Source: a virus
Direction: 5' to 3' (one strand)
DNA: 64,000 nt
IMG/VR virus record: IMGVR_UViG_3300013132_000023
Coordinates: 1-64,000 of that record
The notes under the pieces were generated by a model. It saw only the letters and a program-made list of their open reading frames with translations, ran no database searches and was not told where the DNA came from. The position numbers and the translations under genes were made by a program. Positions 1-9,086 of this stretch are shown here, in pieces (the stretch's first letter is position 1; the number at the start of each line of letters is the position of its first letter).

Positions 1-173
1 AGGCGTCCAACCGAGTATCGGAACCACTTCTTCCTGTACTCATTGTACTGTTCGTTTACAAGAACGAATTCCAGCCAAACCCAGTAGTGGTCCCTAGTCT
101 TTACTGGCCAAAACGCAAAGCGTTTTTTGCTTTGCACATCATCATGTTTAGGATTATTGATTTTCCACTGCAT
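1..173 (-). CDS. small phage protein, runs off the window edge
   Basis: Read manually from ATG at 173: MQWKINNPKHDDVQSKKRFAFWPVKTRDHYWVWLEF...; FAFWP...VWLE pattern seen in small phage proteins; open to position 1. Confidence 0.6.
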   Translation of the reverse strand, partial: MQWKINNPKHDDVQSKKRFAFWPVKTRDHYWVWLEFVLVNEQYNEYRKKWFRYSVGR

Positions 174-174
174 C

Positions 175-441
175 TTAACGTCTCCAACAGCAACGGTCTT
201 GACCCATACGCGTCCGCACAATAACCTGAGGATTCGGCTGAATAGTCGTGCGGGCGACCTCTTCGCGGAATCTCCTGAACTTTTGAATTTCAAGAGCATT
301 CAACCGCTCTTGAGAGTTAACATACACAGTCATTTGCCGACTGTGAGATCCATACTGACTGTAGTTTGGCTGAGGCGGCAGAATCCTCTGTCCAAAGCTA
401 GTCGCGGATAGAACAACGATTGCAAATAGTGTCTTAATCAT
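175..441 (-). CDS. small putative secreted protein
   Basis: Start reassigned to MIKTLFAIVVLSATSFG, a signal-peptide-like N-terminus overlapping the upstream gene end. Confidence 0.55.
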   Translation of the reverse strand: MIKTLFAIVVLSATSFGQRILPPQPNYSQYGSHSRQMTVYVNSQERLNALEIQKFRRFREEVARTTIQPNPQVIVRTRMGQDRCCWRR

Positions 442-871
442 TTCGTGGAGGTAGGTGTATTGCTCGCCTTTCGGCAAGCTGGTCTTCAATTGATAATGAC
501 ATGTCATATACTTCATCGTATCTGTTTCCACTCTGAAACAAACGCGTCAAAGCATCAAGACACTCTTTTCCAGACTCACAGTATATGGGAAAGTTTTCAT
601 TATAGAATGTATCGTGTCCAATAACAAGATACTTCGTTTTGTTCATCTTAGCTTGAATTAGCCAATGCACAATATTTTCTTTTGAAGCTGTCATGGTTTT
701 GAGTACAAAAGGCCAACGATCACTACTATCGGCCACAGTAAAGATTCTATCACGGCCTGCGTCGAAGTCAAGTCCTTTTGACAATAGACGATGAGAAACA
801 AAACGAAACCCGCGAGATAAATCGTTGCTAACGTAGTAATTAGGTCCATAGGTGATCCAGATTTCTTTCAA
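434..871 (-). CDS. hypothetical protein
   Basis: 145-aa ORF packed into the leftward operon. Confidence 0.6.
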   Translation of the reverse strand: MKEIWITYGPNYYVSNDLSRGFRFVSHRLLSKGLDFDAGRDRIFTVADSSDRWPFVLKTMTASKENIVHWLIQAKMNKTKYLVIGHDTFYNENFPIYCESGKECLDALTRLFQSGNRYDEVYDMSLSIEDQLAERRAIHLPPRND

Positions 872-986
872 CCCACACTAAAACGGTAAAATCGTCCTCA
901 ATCTCTGCAATAGCTTCGTCTCGATCCGTTGTGAAGTTATCGTCACTAACAGGATGATTTTCGAGCCAATCAATATCCCTATGCAT
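840..986 (-). CDS. small acidic hypothetical protein (48 aa, not in ORF track)
   Basis: TAATG coupling with the upstream stop; MHRDIDWLENHPVSDDNF... Confidence 0.45.
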   Translation of the reverse strand: MHRDIDWLENHPVSDDNFTTDRDEAIAEIEDDFTVLVWVERNLDHLWT

Positions 987-1237
987 TATGAAAGTCTCCA
1001 CATATCTACTTCATACCCTTCGGTAATACCCCGTGTAAACGTTAGTGTCCATTCTGTGTTTTTGGCAAAATACTCAATTAGCTTTTCCTTATGAAGTCCT
1101 GCTGGTAATTCACTTACGGTACCATAAGTGTTCCCTTCTAAGACTTGGCGTCGCATACATTCAATAGCATCAAGATTTGCTTGTGCGACACGGTATTCTA
1201 TTTGTGACTTTACTGCTTCTTTAGTAGGAAATTTCAT
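986..1237 (-). CDS. hypothetical protein
   Basis: ATGA overlap with the phosphoesterase stop. Confidence 0.6.
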   Translation of the reverse strand: MKFPTKEAVKSQIEYRVAQANLDAIECMRRQVLEGNTYGTVSELPAGLHKEKLIEYFAKNTEWTLTFTRGITEGYEVDMWRLS

Positions 1238-1791
1238 AGCCATCCTTTTGGATCGTTTAAAAACCGAAGGTCGCCAGTAATCTGGACTGGACCACCATAC
1301 ATGTCTACGCCAATGTCATAGCGATTTGCCATTTTTGGCGTAGGGTGTTTCTTAGTCTTGCTTCCGTGGCAGTGCCCATGAAGATGAATACTGCCTCTAT
1401 GGAATCCATCCCATTCTGCCATCGGGTAATGACACATCACGAATTTCTTGCTCTCGTGTTCGATTTGAACAAGCGGATCAATAATCCTTACTCGCGGAAT
1501 AAATGTCTCGAACGGATGAGCCCACATTTTAAGCAATGTCTTGTCGTGGTTGCCCGGTACAATAAGACAAAGATGAAAGTTTAGCTGCTCGAATATTTGC
1601 TTAATACGCCATTCAGGTGCAAACGCAAAGTCCCCCAAGAAATACACAGTATCATCATTAGTTACACGCGAGTTCCATCGCGTAATCATTGCCTCGTCCA
1701 TTTCCTCAGCCGAGGCGAACGGACGATCACAGTACTTAATGATATTGAAATGCCCAAAGTGAGTATCACTACAAACAAAAATCTTACTCAC
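1234..1791 (-). CDS. calcineurin-like metallophosphoesterase
   Basis: Motifs SDTHFGH, LGDF, GNHD, MCHYP, HGHCH; start reassigned to GTG at 1791. Confidence 0.9.
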   Translation of the reverse strand: MSKIFVCSDTHFGHFNIIKYCDRPFASAEEMDEAMITRWNSRVTNDDTVYFLGDFAFAPEWRIKQIFEQLNFHLCLIVPGNHDKTLLKMWAHPFETFIPRVRIIDPLVQIEHESKKFVMCHYPMAEWDGFHRGSIHLHGHCHGSKTKKHPTPKMANRYDIGVDMYGGPVQITGDLRFLNDPKGWL

Positions 1792-2030
1792 AATCTCTTC
1801 TTCTTTTTCAAGTAAACTCCCAGCACTGATCCAAAGAACAGGCCCGAGAGGTATGGAATGCTTTGCATTGGCTGATGCACAATGTCTGTGATGGCAAAAA
1901 TACCAATGGCTGAAACGAGCGTGCCCCAAAAGCCCGCCCACCACATTTCTTCCCTTTGGACAGCATTCATCCACAAGACCCACAATAGGTCAAGTACAAT
2001 TCCAAGGGGAAATAGCCACCAGTGAATCAT
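1788..2030 (-). CDS. small membrane protein
   Basis: Three hydrophobic segments and a basic C-terminus (KKKKRL). Confidence 0.65.
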   Translation of the reverse strand: MIHWWLFPLGIVLDLLWVLWMNAVQREEMWWAGFWGTLVSAIGIFAITDIVHQPMQSIPYLSGLFFGSVLGVYLKKKKRL

Positions 2031-2033
2031 ATC

Positions 2034-2303
2034 TTATACGATTTTGTGATAAGCAAAGTACACGTCGGACTCGCCTTCAATCCAGTCTTTCAAAAACTGC
2101 TTAAAATCAGCTACACGCATAAGTTCGTTATTTAGACGCACTACGCGTTCCTGTCTCAAGTGCGAATACCTGCCGCCCTGTATGTAAAACATGAACGGGT
2201 GAACCTGTCTCTTTTCTTTAATACCTAAAAGCGTAGCAAGATACAGTCCCTTCGCAGAAGGAAATCTACTAATCTCTTTTAAAGCAATCTTCTGTTTGGA
2301 CAT
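2034..2303 (-). CDS. hypothetical protein
   Basis: 89-aa ORF in the operon. Confidence 0.55.
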   Translation of the reverse strand: MSKQKIALKEISRFPSAKGLYLATLLGIKEKRQVHPFMFYIQGGRYSHLRQERVVRLNNELMRVADFKQFLKDWIEGESDVYFAYHKIV

Positions 2304-2433
2304 TGACTTTAACCCACCTTAAATGTTTTCTGTTTATGATTCGATAGCTTTTACCATTGTACTCAATCCGTTGCGGCTCAGTCGGCGTCTGACACGACAC
2401 GAAAAGCAACAATAGAATAGGTAGAAACTTCAT
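2269..2433 (-). CDS. small putative lipoprotein (54 aa, not in ORF track)
   Basis: MKFLPILLLLFVSC: hydrophobic signal plus lipobox-like Cys. Confidence 0.55.
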   Translation of the reverse strand: MKFLPILLLLFVSCQTPTEPQRIEYNGKSYRIINRKHLRWVKVNVQTEDCFKRD

Positions 2434-2464
2434 GCTAAATCGCGTTTACTTGCAAGAAACCATT

Positions 2465-3433
2465 TCATGATAGTACCTTCGTCATTTCTTTACTCAAGTG
2501 TTCGCACATTATTTCTACCAAGAAATTGTCCCACCACTTTGTATCTACCTTTTCAGGCAATGAACAACGCTTGCTGTTAAGTTCAATGAACGCAAGGTCG
2601 CGGTTCAATAGATCTTGCACAAACTCCAGCGGATGCTCGCCACGTTTGATGGCGAGCAGTAGCGGTGCATCGCGGAGTGGAAATCTTACCTCACCGAAGG
2701 TGATTATTTCTTGCAATTCTCTTGAGACACGCACAGCGTGGCTCAAAGCCTTCCAATCAATACCTTCAGCATTGGCAGCAGCATGTGCCCTGCTACCATA
2801 CGCAGCAAGCTGTTTCTCGGTAGAATCCAATACAGTCTGGATAGCGGTTGTTTCACCAAACCATTTACCAGCTATTTGCAATTCACGAATCCCCTGAGGA
2901 TTCTTGCGTTCGTCGTCCTTAAGCAAAGTATCCCAGATATCAACCATAGTACCACCAAAAGAAAGAGCTTCACGAAGTACTCTTCGGAACTCTTCAAGCC
3001 TGTTTAGGCGTTCGCCTTTCAAGCTGTACTTCGCGGCTTGGCCGCGAGCATAGCCAACAAAAGCGTTCATTTCTCTTGAAAGAAAACGCTTACGCTCAGC
3101 TACAATACGGTCCCACACCCAGCCGTATTCGGCTGTCTTGTGGACAAAAGCGGGCGGGGCAAACAACATGTCGATTGTCACCGTCTGGCCTTGCGTCGCC
3201 AGACGCAAGAAGTGGTGCAGCGAGTAGTACTCTACGTCACGCTCCCCCGGAAGGTTTTTACGGGTGTCGTCGCGGCCACCTTCGTGGGCTGTCCGGGGGA
3301 TACGCCCTAGTAGGATCTCTTCTGCTGTGGGCATGAAGAGACCCTTGAAGTCCTCATCCGACGTTGGGGTTTCAGTCCCGTACAGATGGCTGCCGAACTT
3401 TATTTCGCAGATCAGGTTTTTGGGCTTTGACAT
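2465..3433 (-). CDS. Pol-beta superfamily nucleotidyltransferase (RlaP / T4 NrdC.11-like)
   Basis: GSHLYGTETPTSDED signature and C-terminal DWKALSHAVR...LLAIKRG; start taken at MSKPKN. Confidence 0.85.
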   Translation of the reverse strand: MSKPKNLICEIKFGSHLYGTETPTSDEDFKGLFMPTAEEILLGRIPRTAHEGGRDDTRKNLPGERDVEYYSLHHFLRLATQGQTVTIDMLFAPPAFVHKTAEYGWVWDRIVAERKRFLSREMNAFVGYARGQAAKYSLKGERLNRLEEFRRVLREALSFGGTMVDIWDTLLKDDERKNPQGIRELQIAGKWFGETTAIQTVLDSTEKQLAAYGSRAHAAANAEGIDWKALSHAVRVSRELQEIITFGEVRFPLRDAPLLLAIKRGEHPLEFVQDLLNRDLAFIELNSKRCSLPEKVDTKWWDNFLVEIMCEHLSKEMTKVLS

Positions 3434-3644
3434 TTTTCTTACACCATGTTTTGAAAATGGAAAGGGCGTCTTCTTCCGAATAGGAAGTAAAGCTGCCATA
3501 TTCTTCAAAGGTGATTCGAACGGACGTACCAGAAGCCGATAGATACTCGGTGGCACGATAACTATACGTTTCTCCATCATCTGTCGTGATGGTGTCCGTC
3601 CACCACGAAGACTCATTCTTCAATGATTTCGAAAGAGAATCCAT
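3372..3644 (-). CDS. hypothetical protein
   Basis: Most protein-like frame in this interval; start uncertain. Confidence 0.45.
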   Translation of the reverse strand: MDSLSKSLKNESSWWTDTITTDDGETYSYRATEYLSASGTSVRITFEEYGSFTSYSEEDALSIFKTWCKKNVKAQKPDLRNKVRQPSVRD

Positions 3645-3849
3645 AGATGTCCTGAATTTCTTGCATGATAGCATTAATTCTTTTCATGACAAGCGGATCA
3701 CCAGATCTAATGAGATTGGATTGAGCAACCGCTAGGTTAGAAAGCATGATACCATAATTTTGCCAGTACGCTGAATCTTCGTGACGATGTGACGCTCTAG
3801 GACACCACGCGTGCGTCCACGGCTTGTGTATAATCCTTAGAACATTCAT
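3613..3849 (-). CDS. hypothetical protein
   Basis: ATGA coupling to the SLOG gene. Confidence 0.55.
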   Translation of the reverse strand: MNVLRIIHKPWTHAWCPRASHRHEDSAYWQNYGIMLSNLAVAQSNLIRSGDPLVMKRINAIMQEIQDIYGFSFEIIEE

Positions 3850-4340
3850 TTGTCTTTTCCAGCAATGATTTCATCAGGGTTAAACTCGTGGATGATTTTA
3901 TTCTTAGAGATCGCGTAATCTACGCAGTTCTTGGTACCGCCATCGTCTCCTGTATAGTAGGCAACCAGCACGTCGCAGTTGTCTACCATCCATTCGTTAC
4001 GAGTCTGCATCTTGGAAGCTGCATACCCAGGCTCCGAAATGTACTTCACTTCCTGACATTGGTCAAGAAGTTTCTTGTAAGTTTCTCGACTCGACTTGGG
4101 CCAACGGTCGTCGTAACCCTCGAAAGGCAAAGCAGCTATGACTGGTAGATCTAGATACAAACCTACTTCCATCCAGAATTGGTCGATTCCTAGTGCTCCA
4201 CCAGAAATGAGAATAAGCTCCCCTTCGGGAACGTCATTCAAAAGTTCTAGCATGTGACGCCGAATAGCACGATGTGCCTCGGCGTTGTTGTACCCGCCCA
4301 GCTTATCGGGTCTATGTCCTGTTACTGCAATTCGTACCAT
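3846..4340 (-). CDS. SLOG superfamily protein (YspA/DUF1273-like)
   Basis: VTGHRP, SGGALGIDQ, RNEWMVDNCD, GGTKNCV motifs. Confidence 0.85.
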   Translation of the reverse strand: MVRIAVTGHRPDKLGGYNNAEAHRAIRRHMLELLNDVPEGELILISGGALGIDQFWMEVGLYLDLPVIAALPFEGYDDRWPKSSRETYKKLLDQCQEVKYISEPGYAASKMQTRNEWMVDNCDVLVAYYTGDDGGTKNCVDYAISKNKIIHEFNPDEIIAGKDK

Positions 4341-4406
4341 TTTAGCAACACGTAATCGTGCTTAAATTCATCCTGGCGTCCATCGGCATAAGTATAAGTA
4401 TTTACC

Positions 4407-4823
4407 TTAAGCCAATTCAGCTAACATAACTCCAAAATTGGCACCACGTTTTGTAAATTGCCATTTGAGACGAGGCGTCTCCCCGCGATCCAATGTATGC
4501 TTTTTAAGCAAATTGAGAAAATCAGTTAAGAACATGGTATACTTCGCTCCGGTCTGCATGTTCTTTACGTCAAAATGAGCTGCCGAGCGTCCACGAGAAA
4601 TACTCTCAATGGCTAGATTAGCTTCGAATACTTCGTTTGGTTTCCAGATGGGGCCAACTGTAATGCGATTCGCCTTGCGGCTAGCATCGGTACCGAACTG
4701 ACGTTCAATCTCATACCAGGAGGCATACTGCACGCCGCCATATTCCCATTCGTATTCCTCCTGGGGATAGTTGAGTGCATCGCCTTTGCGATTGTATGGA
4801 ATACTACCCTTGTACATTTTCAT
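4407..4823 (-). CDS. hypothetical phage protein
   Basis: ORF with likely start at MKMYKG overlapping the cupin gene end. Confidence 0.6.
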   Translation of the reverse strand: MKMYKGSIPYNRKGDALNYPQEEYEWEYGGVQYASWYEIERQFGTDASRKANRITVGPIWKPNEVFEANLAIESISRGRSAAHFDVKNMQTGAKYTMFLTDFLNLLKKHTLDRGETPRLKWQFTKRGANFGVMLAELA

Positions 4824-5325
4824 CCCTTCTAGATTGAACAAATGCGGGTTCCCATCGACGATCACGATAGAATCCCCACGGACGCCGCTTGAAACCAAAA
4901 CGAATAAACAGACTCCACGTCTGACCCTCTGTGCCGTTAGGCACAGTAATACGATGTGCGTCGTAACGACTACGTAGTTTGATCGGCGGATGTAATGGAT
5001 GCCTGAAATGCGTTACGGTCGGACCATTTGGAACAGTTTGTCGCTCTGGTTCTTCTTCGAAATACCCGCCCGCAAGCAGAATGCTTGCAGAGTTCCAAGG
5101 ATGATCGTGCAGACCATCATCGTCACTAGACCAAAAGCGATGCAGGTATATGCCTAACCAAGAAGTAGATAGAACGTAGAACCGTTCTAAGTAATTCTCT
5201 TTGTGACCATCGCGTTCGCGACAAATCATGCGTCGCTGGCCGCGTGACGCTAGCCAGCCTGCTAGACGTTCAAACCACTTAGGATCTGTACTGACAGTTG
5301 TTTGGGTCATTGAATCCGTCGTCAT
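4804..5325 (-). CDS. cupin-fold (cysteine-dioxygenase-like) phage protein
   Basis: YLHRF...HDHPW...GGY.E...HRI...WSLF...WGF pattern. Confidence 0.7.
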   Translation of the reverse strand: MTTDSMTQTTVSTDPKWFERLAGWLASRGQRRMICRERDGHKENYLERFYVLSTSWLGIYLHRFWSSDDDGLHDHPWNSASILLAGGYFEEEPERQTVPNGPTVTHFRHPLHPPIKLRSRYDAHRITVPNGTEGQTWSLFIRFGFKRRPWGFYRDRRWEPAFVQSRRDENVQG

Positions 5326-5914
5326 AGCTAACTAGCTCCTTATCATTGTTATGACGTTGTGGCGGCAAAAAGTCAACTACAATACCCGCTTTTTCCAAAA
5401 GAGCAAGACCAACCGGACGCTTTTGTCCTAAGTGTCCAGGATATGGATACTCTTCGCCGTACACAACTCGAATGATGCCAGCTTGAATAATCAGTTTGGC
5501 ACATTCAAGACATGGAGCCAAAGTACAGTACATTGTTCCGCCAACAGAACTAGCGTGACTACGAGCAACCTTCATGATTGCATTAGATTCAGCGTGCAGA
5601 ACTTCTGGCTTAGTCACTAGCTGGGTCTTGAAATAACGACCGTCTTTGGTTCTCCATCGTCCATCGGCAAGCTTAAAGCAATTTTCCCGTATCCATTTAG
5701 GATCAGTAATTGCTCCAGATGAGCTTTGAGCAAAGTATTCTACGTCTTCGCAAGTATTGTCAAAACCTGCTGGAGTTCCGTTTACGCCTTCAAAACGCCC
5801 CTCGTTAGGAGTCACAAGAATGGCTCCTACTTTACGGCGTTCGGCTCGCGACAATTCTGCCGCAGCATACGCCATCTTCATGTATGCTTGATCTAAACTT
5901 TGCTGCGATGCCAT
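5279..5914 (-). CDS. dCMP deaminase
   Basis: HAESNAI and PCLEC zinc motifs, VGAILV, IIQAGI. Confidence 0.9.
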   Translation of the reverse strand: MASQQSLDQAYMKMAYAAAELSRAERRKVGAILVTPNEGRFEGVNGTPAGFDNTCEDVEYFAQSSSGAITDPKWIRENCFKLADGRWRTKDGRYFKTQLVTKPEVLHAESNAIMKVARSHASSVGGTMYCTLAPCLECAKLIIQAGIIRVVYGEEYPYPGHLGQKRPVGLALLEKAGIVVDFLPPQRHNNDKELVSYDDGFNDPNNCQYRS

Positions 5915-6159
5915 ACGTCTAGTAATTCTGTAGCCTTTTCAGGTTCAAATAATTTTGCGATTTCTACTTTTACGCCTTCAATCCAATTTTGAGCTAGAGC
6001 CTTAAAAAGGCTCTCTTCATCAATAGAATTATCGATAGATTTACATCTTGATGCAAAAGATCGTAACTTACCTAATTCTTGTTGTACGACCCAACGACCT
6101 CTTAATCTATTCTCCAGATTTAGAGAATCTATATCTGAGTTGTGCGAATTGGATTCCAT
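5893..6159 (-). CDS. hypothetical protein
   Basis: ORF overlapping both neighbours; start uncertain. Confidence 0.5.
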   Translation of the reverse strand: MESNSHNSDIDSLNLENRLRGRWVVQQELGKLRSFASRCKSIDNSIDEESLFKALAQNWIEGVKVEIAKLFEPEKATELLDVWHRSKV

Positions 6160-6601
6160 AGGCTTGCATGAGTCGTTCGTATATCTCTTCGTTAGAAAAA
6201 AGCTCACGTTCTGCTTCCGGAGCAACAGAACGAAGCAGTCGCGTTAGTTCAGAAACTTTTGTACTAAAATCAGTTAATGAAATAGCAATTTCTGCAATCA
6301 AAGTACTCATACGTAAACGAACAATGTTTTGTTCTTGAATTTTTCTATGAGACTCATGAAAACGTCTTTTAAAGAGAGTTGCTTCTGGTTCGTCACAAGA
6401 AACAAATACGTCTCCTTCTTTTGGAGATATATATATTTCGTATGCCATATTTGCTGTTTCAGCTTCAACGAATACACCGCTAAATTCCATTGTATTGGAA
6501 TCAAATTTTTCCGATGCAAAAATTTCTGGATCTTCAACAAAAGCATTAATGCGTTCGTTAGGATTGTCCGTTTTAACAATATACACGTAATATCGCTTCA
6601 T
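6107..6601 (-). CDS. hypothetical protein, first gene of the leftward early operon
   Basis: Start MKRYYVY lies downstream of a consensus promoter. Confidence 0.6.
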   Translation of the reverse strand: MKRYYVYIVKTDNPNERINAFVEDPEIFASEKFDSNTMEFSGVFVEAETANMAYEIYISPKEGDVFVSCDEPEATLFKRRFHESHRKIQEQNIVRLRMSTLIAEIAISLTDFSTKVSELTRLLRSVAPEAERELFSNEEIYERLMQAYGIQFAQLRYRFSKSGE

Positions 6602-6634
6602 AGTTAACTTACCTGATACTTCATCGTCATTCAT

Positions 6635-6662
6635 ATTATACCACGTCAACATTGATTGTCAA
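6635..6662 (-). promoter_or_regulatory. sigma70-type promoter (early/middle)
   Basis: Minus strand TTGACA-N16-TATAAT with extended -10 TG. Confidence 0.85.
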
Positions 6663-6668
6663 ACGGTT

Positions 6669-6941
6669 TTATATCTTATCCCACTCCAAGATGATCCCGA
6701 GAATCGTGTGTGCTCTAATTTCAAGCTCTTTGCGACGTGCCCGTGACTTGGTTGTAGCCAGTTCCTTTAGAATCTTAGCTAGTTCACAATCCACAACTGC
6801 GTACAGTTGTTCTGCCTTAGGCTTGCGTGAAGCACCGAATAAGGCGGCTGCAATATCCAAAGCAAGACCGATTTCTGGTGCTATGACCTTGAGACCGGCT
6901 TTGATTGTTGGATTGGACAAAAGCTTAGTTACCTCTTCCAC
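6669..6941 (-). CDS. small helical/amphipathic protein
   Basis: Probable GTG start; last gene of the leftward late arm. Confidence 0.55.
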   Translation of the reverse strand: MEEVTKLLSNPTIKAGLKVIAPEIGLALDIAAALFGASRKPKAEQLYAVVDCELAKILKELATTKSRARRKELEIRAHTILGIILEWDKI

Positions 6942-8112
6942 GTTCGTCCCACATTTGATCAATCTGCTGATCAGTTAAATTTCCAACCTTACGGGTTACT
7001 TTACGCCATGCATTCCAACCTGGGTTTTGTGATGGCGGAACGTTTGAAACGAAACTAACAGTACCGTTATCAATACCACCACCGTAGACTGTATCAAGAG
7101 CAACGGCTGTTTTGTTACCAGTAATATTCCAGTCAGAAATCAATACTTCTTCAACGCCAGAAATCATCACATGGTCACGATTGGCGTTTGGACTGTTGAC
7201 GGAAAAGTTTGAAATTGAAAGCTGACGACTGCTAAAACCATTACTAGTTGGATACAAGCCGTGTCCACCGTCACTCCAGTGAACAAAAGCTCCTTGCGTA
7301 CTACCAATCGATTCATTATCTAAGAAGTAAATAGGATCTTCGCCATTGCCAACGATTGTGTAATCGCTACCGCCACCCCCTCCAACGTTACTTGAAATAC
7401 ACTTAGAGATAACTAATTTACCCCAAGCTTGAGCACCAGACTGAACGCGATTAACAAGCTGCAAGAAGGTACGTCCCATTTCACCGCCGACGCAATTTAC
7501 AAAGTAAGCATCGCCCTGATGATTATCAATATAGCCGCCATGTTCCACTGCCTTATGAAACTTCAAGTTTCGACAGTCCCATCCAGCGGGTCCATGACCC
7601 CGAATGTTCCATTTCATGCCCTTGCCGCCCCAGGCATTTGGATTTCTAGGAAGGAACATGAGATCGTACAACGTCATGCGACCAACTGTACCAAATTGAT
7701 TAACGATGAATGGAGTACTAGATTCACCGCCGTTCATTAATGTAAGATTTTGTATACGTAAATCACCGGCACCATTAAACACCGCGATGCCGCCAACCTT
7801 ACTTTGCATGTTTTTTTCTGCACCAACAATCGTAACGTTAGATACGTTACCAGTAGTCCATTTAACAGTATGAGTTAAATTGCCGTTTGGATTGTTGATT
7901 GATACGCCACGATGTTGATCGCCGATTACTTGAACGACGACACCTGGAAAACCATGAAATCGTAAAGCTTGTGCTAAAGCGTCGCCATTAAAAGACTGAT
8001 TATACATGTTTTTCGTAACGACTTGTCCTGTACTGAGAACAGTGTATCTATTTTGTTCACAGATGATATGAGGCTGTCCAATTGGTACTCTCGCAGGAAT
8101 CAAATTATTCAT
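6925..8112 (-). CDS. putative right-handed beta-helix (pectate-lyase-like) protein
   Basis: Gly/Asn/Val/Ile-rich with repeated short beta-strand turns (NVTI.G, I.NLT, F.NC, ISNF.V, ISDWNITG). Confidence 0.55.
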   Translation of the reverse strand: MNNLIPARVPIGQPHIICEQNRYTVLSTGQVVTKNMYNQSFNGDALAQALRFHGFPGVVVQVIGDQHRGVSINNPNGNLTHTVKWTTGNVSNVTIVGAEKNMQSKVGGIAVFNGAGDLRIQNLTLMNGGESSTPFIVNQFGTVGRMTLYDLMFLPRNPNAWGGKGMKWNIRGHGPAGWDCRNLKFHKAVEHGGYIDNHQGDAYFVNCVGGEMGRTFLQLVNRVQSGAQAWGKLVISKCISSNVGGGGGSDYTIVGNGEDPIYFLDNESIGSTQGAFVHWSDGGHGLYPTSNGFSSRQLSISNFSVNSPNANRDHVMISGVEEVLISDWNITGNKTAVALDTVYGGGIDNGTVSFVSNVPPSQNPGWNAWRKVTRKVGNLTDQQIDQMWDERGRGN

Positions 8113-8233
8113 TATCTTTATACTACCATTTGAAGTTTAAATCGTTGCTCAAACCTAACCGTTCCGAAAAAACACTTCACTACTAAAGCAAGCCTTAGTT
8201 ATAATAGATCTTCTCCGCGTACATTCCATCAAA

Positions 8234-8977
8234 CTACTGGCCCGTTGTCAACTCACAACTGTCTTTTTTAAGTTCGCCCATCGAGTGGGTCATGTAATAC
8301 AAGATATATTGTTGGGCCATCGTGATTTCGACTGGCGACAATTTGTCTTGTTTTTGATCTTTAACATTGTGTGGATACATAACGTAGCTTCTAGCGTCTA
8401 TTCCTTCTTCAAGCACTAAAAAGCCAGTTGGTGCCGATTGTGTATATCCTACAACGTGTGGTACGCCAAACATGTGTCCTAGCTCATGCAGGCATACAGA
8501 ATAAGCCAAATCGGGATCTGCTTCAAGCGTGTCAGCGTCTAACAACATTCTATTGTTATTAGGTTCCCAGAGACCTAGCAATCCATTTGGCATGCTGTAG
8601 AGTGGCAACTGTAGATCGTCCATCAAAACTTGTATGATGTTATGTCTGTTAAGAAAACTTGGTCCTGGAAACAGCGTGTCTGCTTTCTTTGGATCCTCTA
8701 TGTAGACGGAAATCCTAACCGGCAGGTTATCAGACCACGTTTTCATGGCCTTCTTGAAAGCGTCCGTAGTTACAGGATACTTTTCAGCTTGAACGGCGAA
8801 AAGCAAAATCTCTACAGACACAAACGCCTTAGTGGCATTAGGGATAGAATCCTTGGCCGTAGCTGCTTCTGTGGACTGATACGATCCGCGTGAATAAGTT
8901 GTAAACTCATCCTTAGTGCTTAAGTTACACGCTAAGGCAATCAACAATAACACGCCAGCCAACAGGATCGTTCTCAT
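8234..8977 (-). CDS. metzincin zinc metalloprotease, lipoprotein
   Basis: HELGHMFGVPH (HExxHxxGxxH), Met-turn SYVMYP, signal MRTILLAGVLLLIALAC, GGAGG RBS. Confidence 0.85.
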   Translation of the reverse strand: MRTILLAGVLLLIALACNLSTKDEFTTYSRGSYQSTEAATAKDSIPNATKAFVSVEILLFAVQAEKYPVTTDAFKKAMKTWSDNLPVRISVYIEDPKKADTLFPGPSFLNRHNIIQVLMDDLQLPLYSMPNGLLGLWEPNNNRMLLDADTLEADPDLAYSVCLHELGHMFGVPHVVGYTQSAPTGFLVLEEGIDARSYVMYPHNVKDQKQDKLSPVEITMAQQYILYYMTHSMGELKKDSCELTTGQ

Positions 8978-9043
8978 AGTACGACCTCCATAGAAGCAAA
9001 CGCGACAGACAATAGGCAACTAGACCAATCTGCCACATATACT

Positions 9044-9052
9044 AATACTCTA
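9044..9052 (-). promoter_or_regulatory. candidate late promoter TAGAGTATT (leftward)
   Basis: 11-mer TTAGAGTATTA identical to the plus-strand site at 18633-18643; upstream of the metalloprotease. Confidence 0.6.
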
Positions 9053-9086
9053 AGCTGACAAGCTTAAAAACGGGAAAAACATTCGT

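Noticed and set aside
3434-3616. 61-aa N-terminal extension of the nucleotidyltransferase in the ORF track
   Set aside because: The catalytic motif normally lies near the N-terminus, and another frame (3372-3644) looks more protein-like here.
8228-8251. Minus-strand TTGACA upstream of the beta-helix gene
   Set aside because: No acceptable -10 hexamer at 16-18 bp.
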